Counted from the first letter of the stretch, positions 1 to 8,016 are shown. The stretch: DNA of 24,585 bases from Bdellovibrionota bacterium (GCA_041739995.1 JBGSMV010000067.1:1-24585), one strand, 5' to 3'. The notes: generated by a model from the letters alone, not told the origin. Numbers and translations are program-made.

Positions 1-231
1 ACTCATCAAAGCTTCGATTGGTAGTTGTCCTTGCGCTTCATCTGCTCGAAAGATGTTTTGAGAGCCGTGCACGTGGCTCATGGGTTCGATGCCAGACACA
101 TCTACTTCCATCAACTGTCCGACATACTCAATTATCGCCCCCAGCTTCTTGCACAGTTGTGCTTCGTCTTCAGGATTGACGTGCAGGTGAGCCAATTTTG
201 AAAGCTTTTTAATGTCGTCAGAAGAGAACAT
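1..231 (-). CDS. gatC: Asp-tRNA(Asn)/Glu-tRNA(Gln) amidotransferase subunit C, partial (3' end runs off the window)
   Basis: Not in the ORF track. Manual translation from ATG at 231 gives MFSSDDIKKLSKLAHLHVNPEDEAQLCKKLGAIIEYVGQLMEVDVSGIEPMSHVHGSQNIFRADE..., matching the GatC pattern (KLAxL ... I..YV..L.EVD..GVEP..H ... N.FR.DE). Confidence 0.93.
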   Translation of the reverse strand, partial: MFSSDDIKKLSKLAHLHVNPEDEAQLCKKLGAIIEYVGQLMEVDVSGIEPMSHVHGSQNIFRADEAQGQLPIEALMS

Positions 232-494
232 AGAACTCGCTTAAAAAAGTAACAAAGTGGTTGTCTCTATCTCTACCGTACGGATTAAGAGCATGAATTT
301 GAAGAGTTTGACAGCAGTCGGGCCCCTACCTCCAAATCACCACTGTAGCGGTGAAGTCGGGCTTGATTCGTGGGCTAGAAGGCGCAGGGGCATAAAACGG
401 GGCAAAATGGAGAGTTTCGAGTGTAGTTTATGCGTTTGGTTGATTCCACCGTAGGCGACCGTATATGCTTGTAACGTCTTGAAAAGATGCAGGT

Positions 495-600
495 GGCGTG
501 GAACCTCAGTCGTGCTTACATCGGTGGGGTCTAAGGGCGCATCCGTGTATGCTGAGGTCTATAGAGTCGAGCGAGAATCGCTCGACTGAGGGCCTAAGCC
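495..600. promoter_or_regulatory. Candidate structured RNA element in the gatC/sthA divergent intergenic region
   Basis: Perfect 10-bp hairpin 565-574/578-587, stem 503-509/552-558, and an alternative long-range stem 495-515/580-600. Confidence 0.3.
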
Positions 601-708
601 GTTTAGTGGCGAATTCGCATCGAAATTGCGCATAGTGCTTGTTGCTACGTTACTCTTTAGCTGGCGCATATCGAAAAATAGGCCAGGCGAACTTTAGAAC
701 CTCGTTTT

Positions 709-2109
709 ATGACCACACAGTTTGATTATGACCTTCTGGTAGTTGGCTGCGGCCCGGCTGGGCAACGCGCCGCGGTGCAAGCTGCCAAAATTCGGAAGCG
801 AGTCGCCATCATCGACAAGCGCGAGGTGGTCGGAGGCGTGTGCGTCAACGCCGGTACCATTCCAAGCAAGTCATTCAAGGAAGCGGTCATCTTCCTCTCC
901 GGCTTTCGCCAGCGCAGTATTTACGGTGCGGGCTACCGAGTGAAGGCAGAGATCTCTATGGAGGATCTGACTTTTCGTTGTAACCGCATAATGCAGCAAG
1001 AGATTGACGTGATTCGGGCACAGCTCGCACGGAACCGCGTTGAATCGCTTAGTGGAACGGCAAGGTTCCTTGACGAGCATACTCTCGAGATTGCTTCTGC
1101 TGACGGAAGTGTTCAAACCAAGACCGCCGAAAAATTTGTAGTAGCCGCTGGCGCTTGCCCATTTCGCCCCTCGAATGTCGAGTTTAATGGCCGAACAATT
1201 TTTGACAGCGACGACATTCTTTCGATGAAGGACCTTCCACGCGACATGCTCGTAGTGGGCGGTGGGGTTATTGGCACAGAGTATGGCTCTATGTTCGCGG
1301 CCCTTGGCGTGCACGTCACTATTGTTGATTCAAGAAAGCGTCTGCTGGGTTTTTGTGACGAAGAGATTATTGAGTGCCTTCAGTACCAAATGCGCAGCAT
1401 GGGCGTCACCTTACGTCTTGGCGAAGAGGTGAAGAGTTGCCGCGAGCGTGAGAACGGGCAAGTCGTCACGGAGTTGAAGAGCGGGAAGGTCATTGTTTCA
1501 GATTGCGTTCTCTATTCAGCAGGACGACATAGCGCCACTTCTGAGCTGAATCTTGACGCCGTTGGCGTGAAGACTGATGAGCGCGGCAGAATTATAGTTG
1601 ATGAGAATTATCAAACCGAAGAGCCAAACATATTCGCCGCCGGAGATGTGATCGGATTCCCCGCCCTGGCCTCTACTTCTGCGATGCAGGGGCGGCAAGC
1701 CTCTTGTCGCGCGTTTGGTATTGAAGATGTGCGTATTGAGGTGCCACTCCCTTATGGGATCTATTCGATTCCAGAGATTTCATTCGTGGGGATGAACGAG
1801 GAAGAAGCCACCAAGGCAGAGGTTCCCTATGAAACCGGCCTGGCGCGCTACAAGGAAATTGCTCGTGGTCACATCATCGGCGACGAGAATGGCATGCTAA
1901 AAATTCTGTTTCACCGTGAAACCAAGCAAGTTCTTGGCGTCCATATTATCGGAGAGAGTGCCACTGAGCTTGTGCATACTGGCCAGGCCGTGATCGCGCT
2001 TAAGGGGGGCCTCGGCTACTTGATGGATGCCGTATTTAACTATCCAACATTGGCCGAGTGCTACAAAGTTGCGGCGTATGATGGCTACAACAAGCTGCGA
2101 GCGGTGTAG
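709..2109 (+). CDS. sthA: Soluble (Si-specific) pyridine nucleotide transhydrogenase
   Basis: FAD-binding VVGCGPAG; GGVCVNAGTIPSK with a single Cys (CxxxxT, as in SthA rather than dihydrolipoamide dehydrogenase); NAD-binding VVGGGVIG; C-terminal VFNYPTLAECYKVAA; 466 aa. Confidence 0.93.
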   Translation: MTTQFDYDLLVVGCGPAGQRAAVQAAKIRKRVAIIDKREVVGGVCVNAGTIPSKSFKEAVIFLSGFRQRSIYGAGYRVKAEISMEDLTFRCNRIMQQEIDVIRAQLARNRVESLSGTARFLDEHTLEIASADGSVQTKTAEKFVVAAGACPFRPSNVEFNGRTIFDSDDILSMKDLPRDMLVVGGGVIGTEYGSMFAALGVHVTIVDSRKRLLGFCDEEIIECLQYQMRSMGVTLRLGEEVKSCRERENGQVVTELKSGKVIVSDCVLYSAGRHSATSELNLDAVGVKTDERGRIIVDENYQTEEPNIFAAGDVIGFPALASTSAMQGRQASCRAFGIEDVRIEVPLPYGIYSIPEISFVGMNEEEATKAEVPYETGLARYKEIARGHIIGDENGMLKILFHRETKQVLGVHIIGESATELVHTGQAVIALKGGLGYLMDAVFNYPTLAECYKVAAYDGYNKLRAV

Positions 2110-2202
2110 TGCTGTAGGGACCTGAGCGAGCGTGAATTTGGCTCTGTGATTTTGGTGTCTGCGCTACCCAGTAGGCGCACAAGGCCAGGCAGAAGAAAGG
2201 CC

Positions 2203-2868
2203 ATGCAGAAGAACGAACAGTCAGCTTTAGAGCAACAAACATCTTCAGCCGAATTGATCGGCGCACTGCTGCGATCGCTGGCCCACACTGTGCGCACACC
2301 ACTTTCAGTCGTATCAAATGAAATTCAATATTTTTCGTCTCTGTTGCCTAAGGGAGAGAGCGACCGCGCGCTTACGCGCTGTAGAGATATCGACCAGTTG
2401 TTACGTCGCTATGCGCAGATTTCGTGTGAGGCGCCTTGTTTCGAAGAAGTATCGTTTGCGGAATTGAGAGCGCTCTGTGAGGGGGCCGCCAGCCCTAGTC
2501 CTGGCGAGGCCAGCGCTGACACTCAAGAGAGAAAGGTCAGGATAGACCGGGCGCGGGTGGTCGAACTCTTCGCGCTAGTGCCGAAAGTATTTGGTGCCGA
2601 CTCGGTGTCACTACAGCGACCGTCGTTTGATGAGCATGGGTGTGCTTTTATGTGGCGCGGTGGCGCCCCTGCTTCCTCAAACTCTGAGGCAGTTGGAGAA
2701 GGGCAGATGCATAGTTCGCTCTATCGCATGTTGATGGTCAAAGGCGGTGCAGATATTCCCGAAGCAATTCTGGTTGATGCGTTAGTTCTTACTCTTGGTT
2801 TCATGTTGCAGGCTAAGCTCGAAGATAGCGAGTTGGCGATTCAGGTGAATATTGGCAGATCCGTGTAG
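2203..2868 (+). CDS. Sensor-less HisKA-type (H-box) protein with degenerate ATP-binding domain; putative pseudo-histidine kinase/phosphotransferase
   Basis: H-box LAHTVRTPLSVV (His codon 2284-2286); no N, G1 or G2 boxes visible; ATG 2203 follows AGAAAGG; ends 6 nt before a response regulator. The ORF track gives an alternative GTG start at 2146. Confidence 0.65.
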   Translation: MQKNEQSALEQQTSSAELIGALLRSLAHTVRTPLSVVSNEIQYFSSLLPKGESDRALTRCRDIDQLLRRYAQISCEAPCFEEVSFAELRALCEGAASPSPGEASADTQERKVRIDRARVVELFALVPKVFGADSVSLQRPSFDEHGCAFMWRGGAPASSNSEAVGEGQMHSSLYRMLMVKGGADIPEAILVDALVLTLGFMLQAKLEDSELAIQVNIGRSV

Positions 2869-2874
2869 GGGCAT

Positions 2875-4251
2875 GTGGTGACGACTGAAATTTCTAAGGC
2901 CAGACTTTTGTTGGTTGATGATGACGCCGATGTAGTGGTTAGTCTCTCACGTGCACTGCGTTCTTCTGGTTTTGAAGGGCAGATTGAGGGAGTGGGAACG
3001 GCCGAGAAGGCTCTCACTATTTTGCGCGACAAGGATATTCACGTTGCGGTTATCGATCTTTCGCTCTCAGTAAAGGAAGGCGTCGAAGGTGGGTTTGGTC
3101 TGTTGCGATCTATCATCACTGAGTTTCCTTTGTGTCGCCCAATCGTTTTGACGGGAAGTGCGAGCCGCGAGCATGGCATTCGGGCGTTACACATGGGTGC
3201 GGCGCATTTTTTAGAGAAACCTGCGGACGCAGCCCATCTTCTCGCACTAATTAGAGACTCCATTCAGCAATCCTACTTGAGACGCTCCTATGAGCAGGCA
3301 CGGCAAGAGTCAGGCGGGCAGCTCGATCAATTGATTTTCGGCACCTCGCCACTCGCGGTGCGATTAAGAGAGGAAGTTCAGTTCGCCGCGAGCAATAATC
3401 AGGCTCTTCTGATATCGGGTGAAACGGGTACGGGCAAAGGTCTGTGCGCCAGGGCCGTGCACCTTGAGAGTCAGCGCAGTGGATCGCGTTTCGTGCGTTA
3501 TCAGCCGACGTTTGCCGGTCCTGACTTAGTGAATAGTGATTTGTTCGGGCACGAAAGGGGTGCGTTTACGGGGGCAACTGAACTTCGTCGCGGACTTTTA
3601 ACCGAAGCTCAAGGCGGGACGTTGTTTTTAGACGAGGTGGACGAGCTTCCGCATGAGACTCAAGTGACGCTTTTAGGGGTGATTCAAGAGCGCAAGTTCA
3701 GAGCGCTTGGATCAAGTAAGGAGCAAGAAGCGAATGTACGTTTGATATGTGCGTCGAATCAGGATCTTGCTCGTTGTGTAGAGGTGGGCAAGGTACGTAA
3801 GGATTTTTTTCATCGTATTGCACACGCTCAAATTCATTTGCCGCCATTAAGAGAGCGCATTGAGGATGTGCGAGTGCTTACTGCTGCGTTTCTTGCTGCG
3901 TTACGGGCGCGTGAGCAAGTCTCGGTGTTCGAGGTAAGTGATCGGGCTTTTGTGGTGTTGATGCAATACGCATGGCCCGGAAATATCCGAGAGCTTGAAG
4001 CGGTGATTGAAGGTGCTGCTTACCGAGCGCAGTTCAAGAGGCGCTCGGTGATCGAGGAAAGCGATATTCAAATTCGGCAACCGGCCGGACAAGCTAAGCC
4101 GCAGGTGTCGTTTGCTGGACAGGTGGAGGCGTTTAAGCTTTCGCTTATTCGAGCAGCGTTACAGAGAAGTGATGGCAATCAGGCCAAGGCGGCAGAGGAG
4201 TTGGAGCTCGATCGTTCGACGCTGCGACGTATTCTCGCGCGCGAGGGCTAG
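2875..4251 (+). CDS. Sigma-54-dependent response regulator (NtrC family: REC, AAA+, Fis-type HTH)
   Basis: REC motifs LLVDDD, VIDL, LTG, EKP; Walker A GETGTGK; GAFTGA loop; Walker B LFLDEV; WPGNIREL; HTH GNQAKAAEELELDRSTLRR. Confidence 0.95.
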   Translation: MVTTEISKARLLLVDDDADVVVSLSRALRSSGFEGQIEGVGTAEKALTILRDKDIHVAVIDLSLSVKEGVEGGFGLLRSIITEFPLCRPIVLTGSASREHGIRALHMGAAHFLEKPADAAHLLALIRDSIQQSYLRRSYEQARQESGGQLDQLIFGTSPLAVRLREEVQFAASNNQALLISGETGTGKGLCARAVHLESQRSGSRFVRYQPTFAGPDLVNSDLFGHERGAFTGATELRRGLLTEAQGGTLFLDEVDELPHETQVTLLGVIQERKFRALGSSKEQEANVRLICASNQDLARCVEVGKVRKDFFHRIAHAQIHLPPLRERIEDVRVLTAAFLAALRAREQVSVFEVSDRAFVVLMQYAWPGNIRELEAVIEGAAYRAQFKRRSVIEESDIQIRQPAGQAKPQVSFAGQVEAFKLSLIRAALQRSDGNQAKAAEELELDRSTLRRILAREG

Positions 4252-4304
4252 GAATTGTTGGTCTTCATGCTGGCGGTGGACGCAAGAAAGTGGGGCGGAA
4301 AGAA

Positions 4305-4395
4305 AACTGAGAGGCTTGCAGCGTGCATGCCTTATGTAGAAAGTCGTTGTGGGACGTTCGGGAAGAGATTCCAGAAGGCCACAAACCTCTCAGTT
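4305..4395 (-). repeat. Long inverted repeat (stem-loop)
   Basis: AACTGAGAGGCTTG (4305-4318) and CAAACCTCTCAGTT (4382-4395) are 13/14 complementary. The stem extends to 18 bp (4305-4322/4378-4395) on the minus strand, where the three A/C mismatches become G-U pairs. Confidence 0.6.
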
Positions 4396-4423
4396 GCAAA
4401 GAAGCTCAATCTGACTTGAGCCG

Positions 4424-4469
4424 AAGAAAGGACAAAAAGCGGCCGCGCTCGACTTGGAGACGCGGCCGC
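4424..4469 (-). terminator. Rho-independent terminator of the minus-strand orphan ORF
   Basis: 9-bp all-GC stem GCGGCCGCG (4439-4447)/CGCGGCCGC (4461-4469), followed on the minus strand by TTTTTGTCCTTTCTT; starts 16 nt after the stop codon at 4486. Confidence 0.8.
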
Positions 4470-4485
4470 CGGGGGAGAGATATCG

Positions 4486-5112
4486 TTACTTCGCGTGAGC
4501 GAACTTCTTCCAAGCTGCCCGAACCCCCTGACTCTGGGCGCCCGCATAGAACGGCCACTGCAGGGGCGGGCGATCCATGCGCTGCTCCAGGTAGTGCGCG
4601 ATCCCGCGGGTGCCGCGCTTGCCGACCAACGGCTCCATCGGGAACGAGATGCGACTGCCGTTGGTTCCCACGACTCCGACGAGCATCGGGGAGCCGCGCT
4701 CGACTTCTTGGAGGTCGAACGCCGGCACGAACTCGAGCTCCAGCATGTGATCGTGGCATGCCCTGACCAGCTTCTCGTTGCCGAGACTGAGCTCGCCTGA
4801 GAAGGGCGGTTCAGCCTGAACTCCGCCGTAGAGCGGGTCGCCCACGCTGGCGCCGTGGTACGCCGAGATGGCGAACAACTGCCCGGCCAGAATCCGCGCT
4901 TCTCGTTGGCTGGCTGGCCCTTCGACCTTGATGCGGCTCCTGACGAAGGCCTCGAATGCTTCGACGCCGACTCGTGCGTTGAGCACGACGGGCGTCGGAG
5001 TCCCCGCACTGCTCGCGCATGGTGGGCTGCCTCCCTTCAAGAGCTTTCTGGCGGGACGGGTGCCGCGAACGACTGCGACGCCGCCCGGACCTGAATGATG
5101 TGCTGATCCCAT
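4486..5112 (-). CDS. Hypothetical protein (208 aa), high-GC orphan
   Basis: ATG 5112 preceded by AAGAAGGA; strongly G/C-ending codons in this frame; intrinsic terminator immediately downstream; no recognisable family motif. Confidence 0.7.
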   Translation of the reverse strand: MGSAHHSGPGGVAVVRGTRPARKLLKGGSPPCASSAGTPTPVVLNARVGVEAFEAFVRSRIKVEGPASQREARILAGQLFAISAYHGASVGDPLYGGVQAEPPFSGELSLGNEKLVRACHDHMLELEFVPAFDLQEVERGSPMLVGVVGTNGSRISFPMEPLVGKRGTRGIAHYLEQRMDRPPLQWPFYAGAQSQGVRAAWKKFAHAK

Positions 5113-5129
5113 TTTTCCTTCTTTCTTTG

Positions 5130-5336
5130 CTAAGGAGACCCTACGAGAGATCGTCTGTATACGTGTCAGACGGATCAAGAAGTGCCAAGTGGTTCTCCAG
5201 TTCACTTGACTCTTCGTTCATCCGGCGTGGTGGTGCCGAATGAACGAAGGGCCAAGAGACGAGAGCGACAAATGGAACGATCTTGGGCCAATCGAGACTG
5301 GTGCAACTTGGATCAAGAACGCACGGTCTTTCTTAG
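5130..5336. ncRNA. Candidate multi-helix structured RNA (5' leader of the orphan ORF, or independent ncRNA)
   Basis: Four mutually compatible nested helices: 5130-5145/5320-5336; 5149-5157/5167-5176; 5185-5201/5297-5311; 23-bp hairpin 5205-5227/5234-5256. Confidence 0.55.
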
Positions 5337-5507
5337 ATTTTACAAGAGAGATGTACTGCTATGAGATTTCACACCCTGAGAAGTATCAAAATAATCATCT
5401 TTGCAAACAATGAAACCTTAAAAAATGCACGCTGCTGCCTCTCGCACTCAGCTCCGGGGTGGGAGAATTGCTAGGTTATAATGGACTGCGCATGAGTAGG
5501 GTGCGCT

Positions 5508-5535
5508 CGAGAAAAGTACGCCCGAGAAAAGTACG
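5508..5535. repeat. 13-bp tandem direct repeat CGAGAAAAGTACG x2
   Basis: Exact copies at 5508-5520 and 5523-5535. Confidence 0.8.
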
Positions 5536-5645
5536 AGAGTCAGCTAAAATGAACTATCTACCCTGTCCGGTGACTAAAAGAGCGTGAGGACAACGTCGAA
5601 AAACTCTTATGAAAACCGAGGAGCTTATAGTGTTATGAAGCCAAG

Positions 5646-5665
5646 CTCCTAACAGTCTCCTAACA
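5646..5665. repeat. 9-bp direct repeat CTCCTAACA x2, 11-bp period
   Basis: Exact copies at 5646-5654 and 5657-5665. Confidence 0.7.
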
Positions 5666-6004
5666 TTGGTCGCCAGCCTAGTAAAGCTGCTGAATTTTTG
5701 CGTTTTTACTCATTAAATGAGGAGTTTCCGTGACAGCAAAATTTGGAAGCGTGGGTATTCTACCGTGGGTAAGTCGGCTTGTCCGGTCCAGATGGCCCCA
5801 AGTTTCGGTGAATGTTGGTTACGCCCGCGAAGTCTTCATGGTGTAGCGAGGGGAGGTCGGTGGGTGCAGAGGGGTTCAATCGAACTGTAGATTGCTCGCT
5901 TAAGACATGGTCAAAATGGACTCTAATGCGAGTAGCATAGCTGTGATGAAGTATGTTCCAGTGATGGTTCGTTCTGAGGCTGCTCTTATAATTGGAAAGT
6001 TCTC

Positions 6005-6325
6005 ATGGTTAGAAATATTTCTCCTAAAGATCTTAAAGCGCGACTCGATAGCGGGGAGGACCTGCAGCTGATTGACGTGCGGGAAGAAGATGAGCGAGAA
6101 ATCGCATCCATTGGCGGTGAGTTAATCCCTTTGCAAACGCTTCTAGAGCAAGAACAGAAGATTCGACGCTCCGGCATGGTGGTGGTCTATTGTCGTAGCG
6201 GCGGAAGAAGTTCGCGTGCAGTAGAAGCGCTGCAGAACGAGAAGAAGTTTACCAATCTGTGGAACCTAGACGGCGGCATCTTAGCTTGGAGCGATGATGT
6301 TGACCCCACAGTGCAAAAATATTGA
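6005..6325 (+). CDS. Single-domain rhodanese-like sulfurtransferase
   Basis: LIDVRE, active-site loop YCRSGGRS, NLDGGILAW...DPTVQKY (resembles the C-terminal rhodanese domain of MoeB/MoeZ). Confidence 0.92.
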   Translation: MVRNISPKDLKARLDSGEDLQLIDVREEDEREIASIGGELIPLQTLLEQEQKIRRSGMVVVYCRSGGRSSRAVEALQNEKKFTNLWNLDGGILAWSDDVDPTVQKY

Positions 6326-6363
6326 AGTAATGCGCTGCGCCTACCGATCACTTCGAGATTTAA

Positions 6364-8016
6364 GTGACCATAACAGAACACCTTACCTTTGATGAATTTG
6401 TAGCGCCTAGTTCTGGCGACTGGGAATCGGCGTGTAAAAAGTCAACAAAGCCGTCGGCTCAAGTGTCGACCACAAAGGCGGCAGCGAGTGAATCAATCCT
6501 CCCAGGAGATGTTCGCATTTCCGCGCTTTATGTTGATCGCCCCGAGTCCTCAGCTAAGAGTCAAATCATTCAAGCCAACCTTCCTGCAGCCATTAGTGCT
6601 CGTATTGATGGCGCAAATATCGATATATGTGTGTCGCAGATCGAGCTAGCCGCTCATGGCGGTGCTTCAATCGCTACGCTTGTTCTCGACCAAGCTTGCC
6701 AGAGCGGAGATGCGCTCAGCAAGTCACTTGTGTGCAGAGAGGGCTGCTCTGTCGATTCAGTAGATGAGCTCGCTGCGTTACTCAAAGTGGCGCGTGAGAA
6801 GAGCCTAAACATTTCAATTGAATGTGGACGTAGCGGTGTTGCAATTGCGGCTATGCTCGCCGCACTTCCAAAGAATCTTTCAAGTGTGGTGACGCAACTG
6901 CGCTATGACCCGTTTTTTGTCCCCGCGGCTAAAGAAGATGCGGCTGAGCAAAATGCGGCACCCGTGTCTTGCTCAACTCCACCTGACGAGCTTGTGATGC
7001 TTGCAGAAGTAACGAGCAAGCTTCCCGCGCTTGATTCTTGGGTTTGCTTGGACACTAGAGTCATCACGGAGAGCGGCGGCAGTGTTCCTCAAGAGCTAGC
7101 CTATTGTTTAGCGGGAATGGCTGAGGTTTTACGTGATTGTGAGGCTAACAGCCTTTCGTTCGACTTGGTTCGAGACAAAGTGTCCATTGTTACTTCAGTG
7201 GGCCCAGATATTTTCGTAGAGATTTCAAAGCTACGAGCACTGCGAACTTTGTGGCGTTTTCTTTGGAAGCCGCTTGGTGGGTGTGGAGCACCAGAGATTG
7301 TCGCGGTGAGTTCGCTTTGGAACAGAACTAAAGATGAGCCGCACGTAAACCTGTTGCGTACTGGCGCAAGTGCGTTAGCGAGTGCGTGCGCAGGAGCTAC
7401 GCAAATTGAGCTAATGCCGTTTTCCTTGCCCGGCTCAGAAGACGAAGCGCTGGCTCGGCAGCTTGCAGTTAGCTTTCAGCAAGTGCTGAGATACGAGTCC
7501 ATGCTTGAAGCCGTTACTGACCCTGCAGGTGGGAGCTTCTATGTCGAGCACCTGACCAAGCAGTTGGCAGAATCAGCCTGGACACTATTTCAAAGGTATG
7601 AACAAGACGGTGGACTTTTCCAGCTGCTTGCCAATGGGACTTTGCAGCAAGAAGTGAAGGCCGAGGCTCAAGCGAGAATTCAAAGATTCAACGCCGGCCA
7701 GGATGTTCTAGTGGGACTGAATCGATTTCGAACTGAGGAGAAAAGCAGTTCATCTAAGGCGGCTTCGTCGAATGTAGCTATTTCTAAGTTAGCTAAAGAG
7801 CGCGAGCTGGCGCTTCGTTCTCGAAATCCTCGGTCAACAGTGGATCTTTCTAAGTTGTCAGCCACAGCTTTAATTCAAGCAGCCAAGCAGTCTGCTTCGA
7901 TATCTGAACTTCTTTCTGGGTTTAGGAGTGTGGTGGCGCAGCCGTCGTGCGTGAGCTTCCAGCGTCTCTGCCTGCAAGGCATTTTCTCCATGAGTGAGTC
8001 TAAGGAGGGCGCATGA
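6364..8016 (+). CDS. mutA: Methylmalonyl-CoA mutase small (beta, non-catalytic) subunit, divergent
   Basis: [53 protein letters not shown] overlap with the large subunit. Confidence 0.85.
   Translation: MTITEHLTFDEFVAPSSGDWESACKKSTKPSAQVSTTKAAASESILPGDVRISALYVDRPESSAKSQIIQANLPAAISARIDGANIDICVSQIELAAHGGASIATLVLDQACQSGDALSKSLVCREGCSVDSVDELAALLKVAREKSLNISIECGRSGVAIAAMLAALPKNLSSVVTQLRYDPFFVPAAKEDAAEQNAAPVSCSTPPDELVMLAEVTSKLPALDSWVCLDTRVITESGGSVPQELAYCLAGMAEVLRDCEANSLSFDLVRDKVSIVTSVGPDIFVEISKLRALRTLWRFLWKPLGGCGAPEIVAVSSLWNRTKDEPHVNLLRTGASALASACAGATQIELMPFSLPGSEDEALARQLAVSFQQVLRYESMLEAVTDPAGGSFYVEHLTKQLAESAWTLFQRYEQDGGLFQLLANGTLQQEVKAEAQARIQRFNAGQDVLVGLNRFRTEEKSSSSKAASSNVAISKLAKERELALRSRNPRSTVDLSKLSATALIQAAKQSASISELLSGFRSVVAQPSCVSFQRLCLQGIFSMSESKEGA

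Noticed and set aside
320..365. CCACTGTAGCGGTGA resembling part of a cobalamin riboswitch core
   Set aside because: The upstream GGGAA/GGTGxAAxTCC elements and the B12 box are missing, and the neighbouring genes are not B12-related.
257..454. 65-aa plus-strand ORF between gatC and sthA
   Set aside because: GTG start without SD, no recognisable motif, overlaps the likely gatC promoter region.
709..2109. Dihydrolipoamide dehydrogenase call
   Set aside because: The redox CxxxxC is replaced by CxxxxT and the C-terminal motif is YPTLAE rather than HPTxxE, which indicates SthA.
4300..4400. Integron attC site (stem ends in AAC...GTT)
   Set aside because: No RYYYAAC/GTTRRRY boxes on either strand, no extrahelical bases, and no integrase or cassette array in the window.
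5171..5187. Sigma-54 promoter for the orphan ORF (minus TGGCACTTCTTGATC)
   Set aside because: The -24 element is good but the -12 position reads TC instead of GC.
4323..5243. Multiple overlapping ORFs (4323-4766, 4332-5009, 4406-4759, 4495-4800, 4811-5020, 4855-5094, 4868-5098, 5019-5243)
   Set aside because: Shadow frames of a high-GC gene; only 5112-4486 has an SD, a G/C third-position bias on its own strand and a terminator.
5130..5336. Retron msr-msd, T-box or IS110 bridge RNA identity for the structured region
   Set aside because: No reverse transcriptase or recombinase in the window; the GGTGGTGCC T-box-like string sits at a hairpin apex without Stem I motifs. Left unassigned.
5832..5895. 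tRNA-like strings (TGGTGTAGCG ... GGGGTTCAATC)
   Set aside because: Spacing about 10 nt too short and no T-stem, anticodon stem or acceptor stem pairing.
5400..6004. Cobalamin riboswitch upstream of mutAB
   Set aside because: No conserved core (GGGAA, CCCGCxACTGT, B12 box) found in the correct order.
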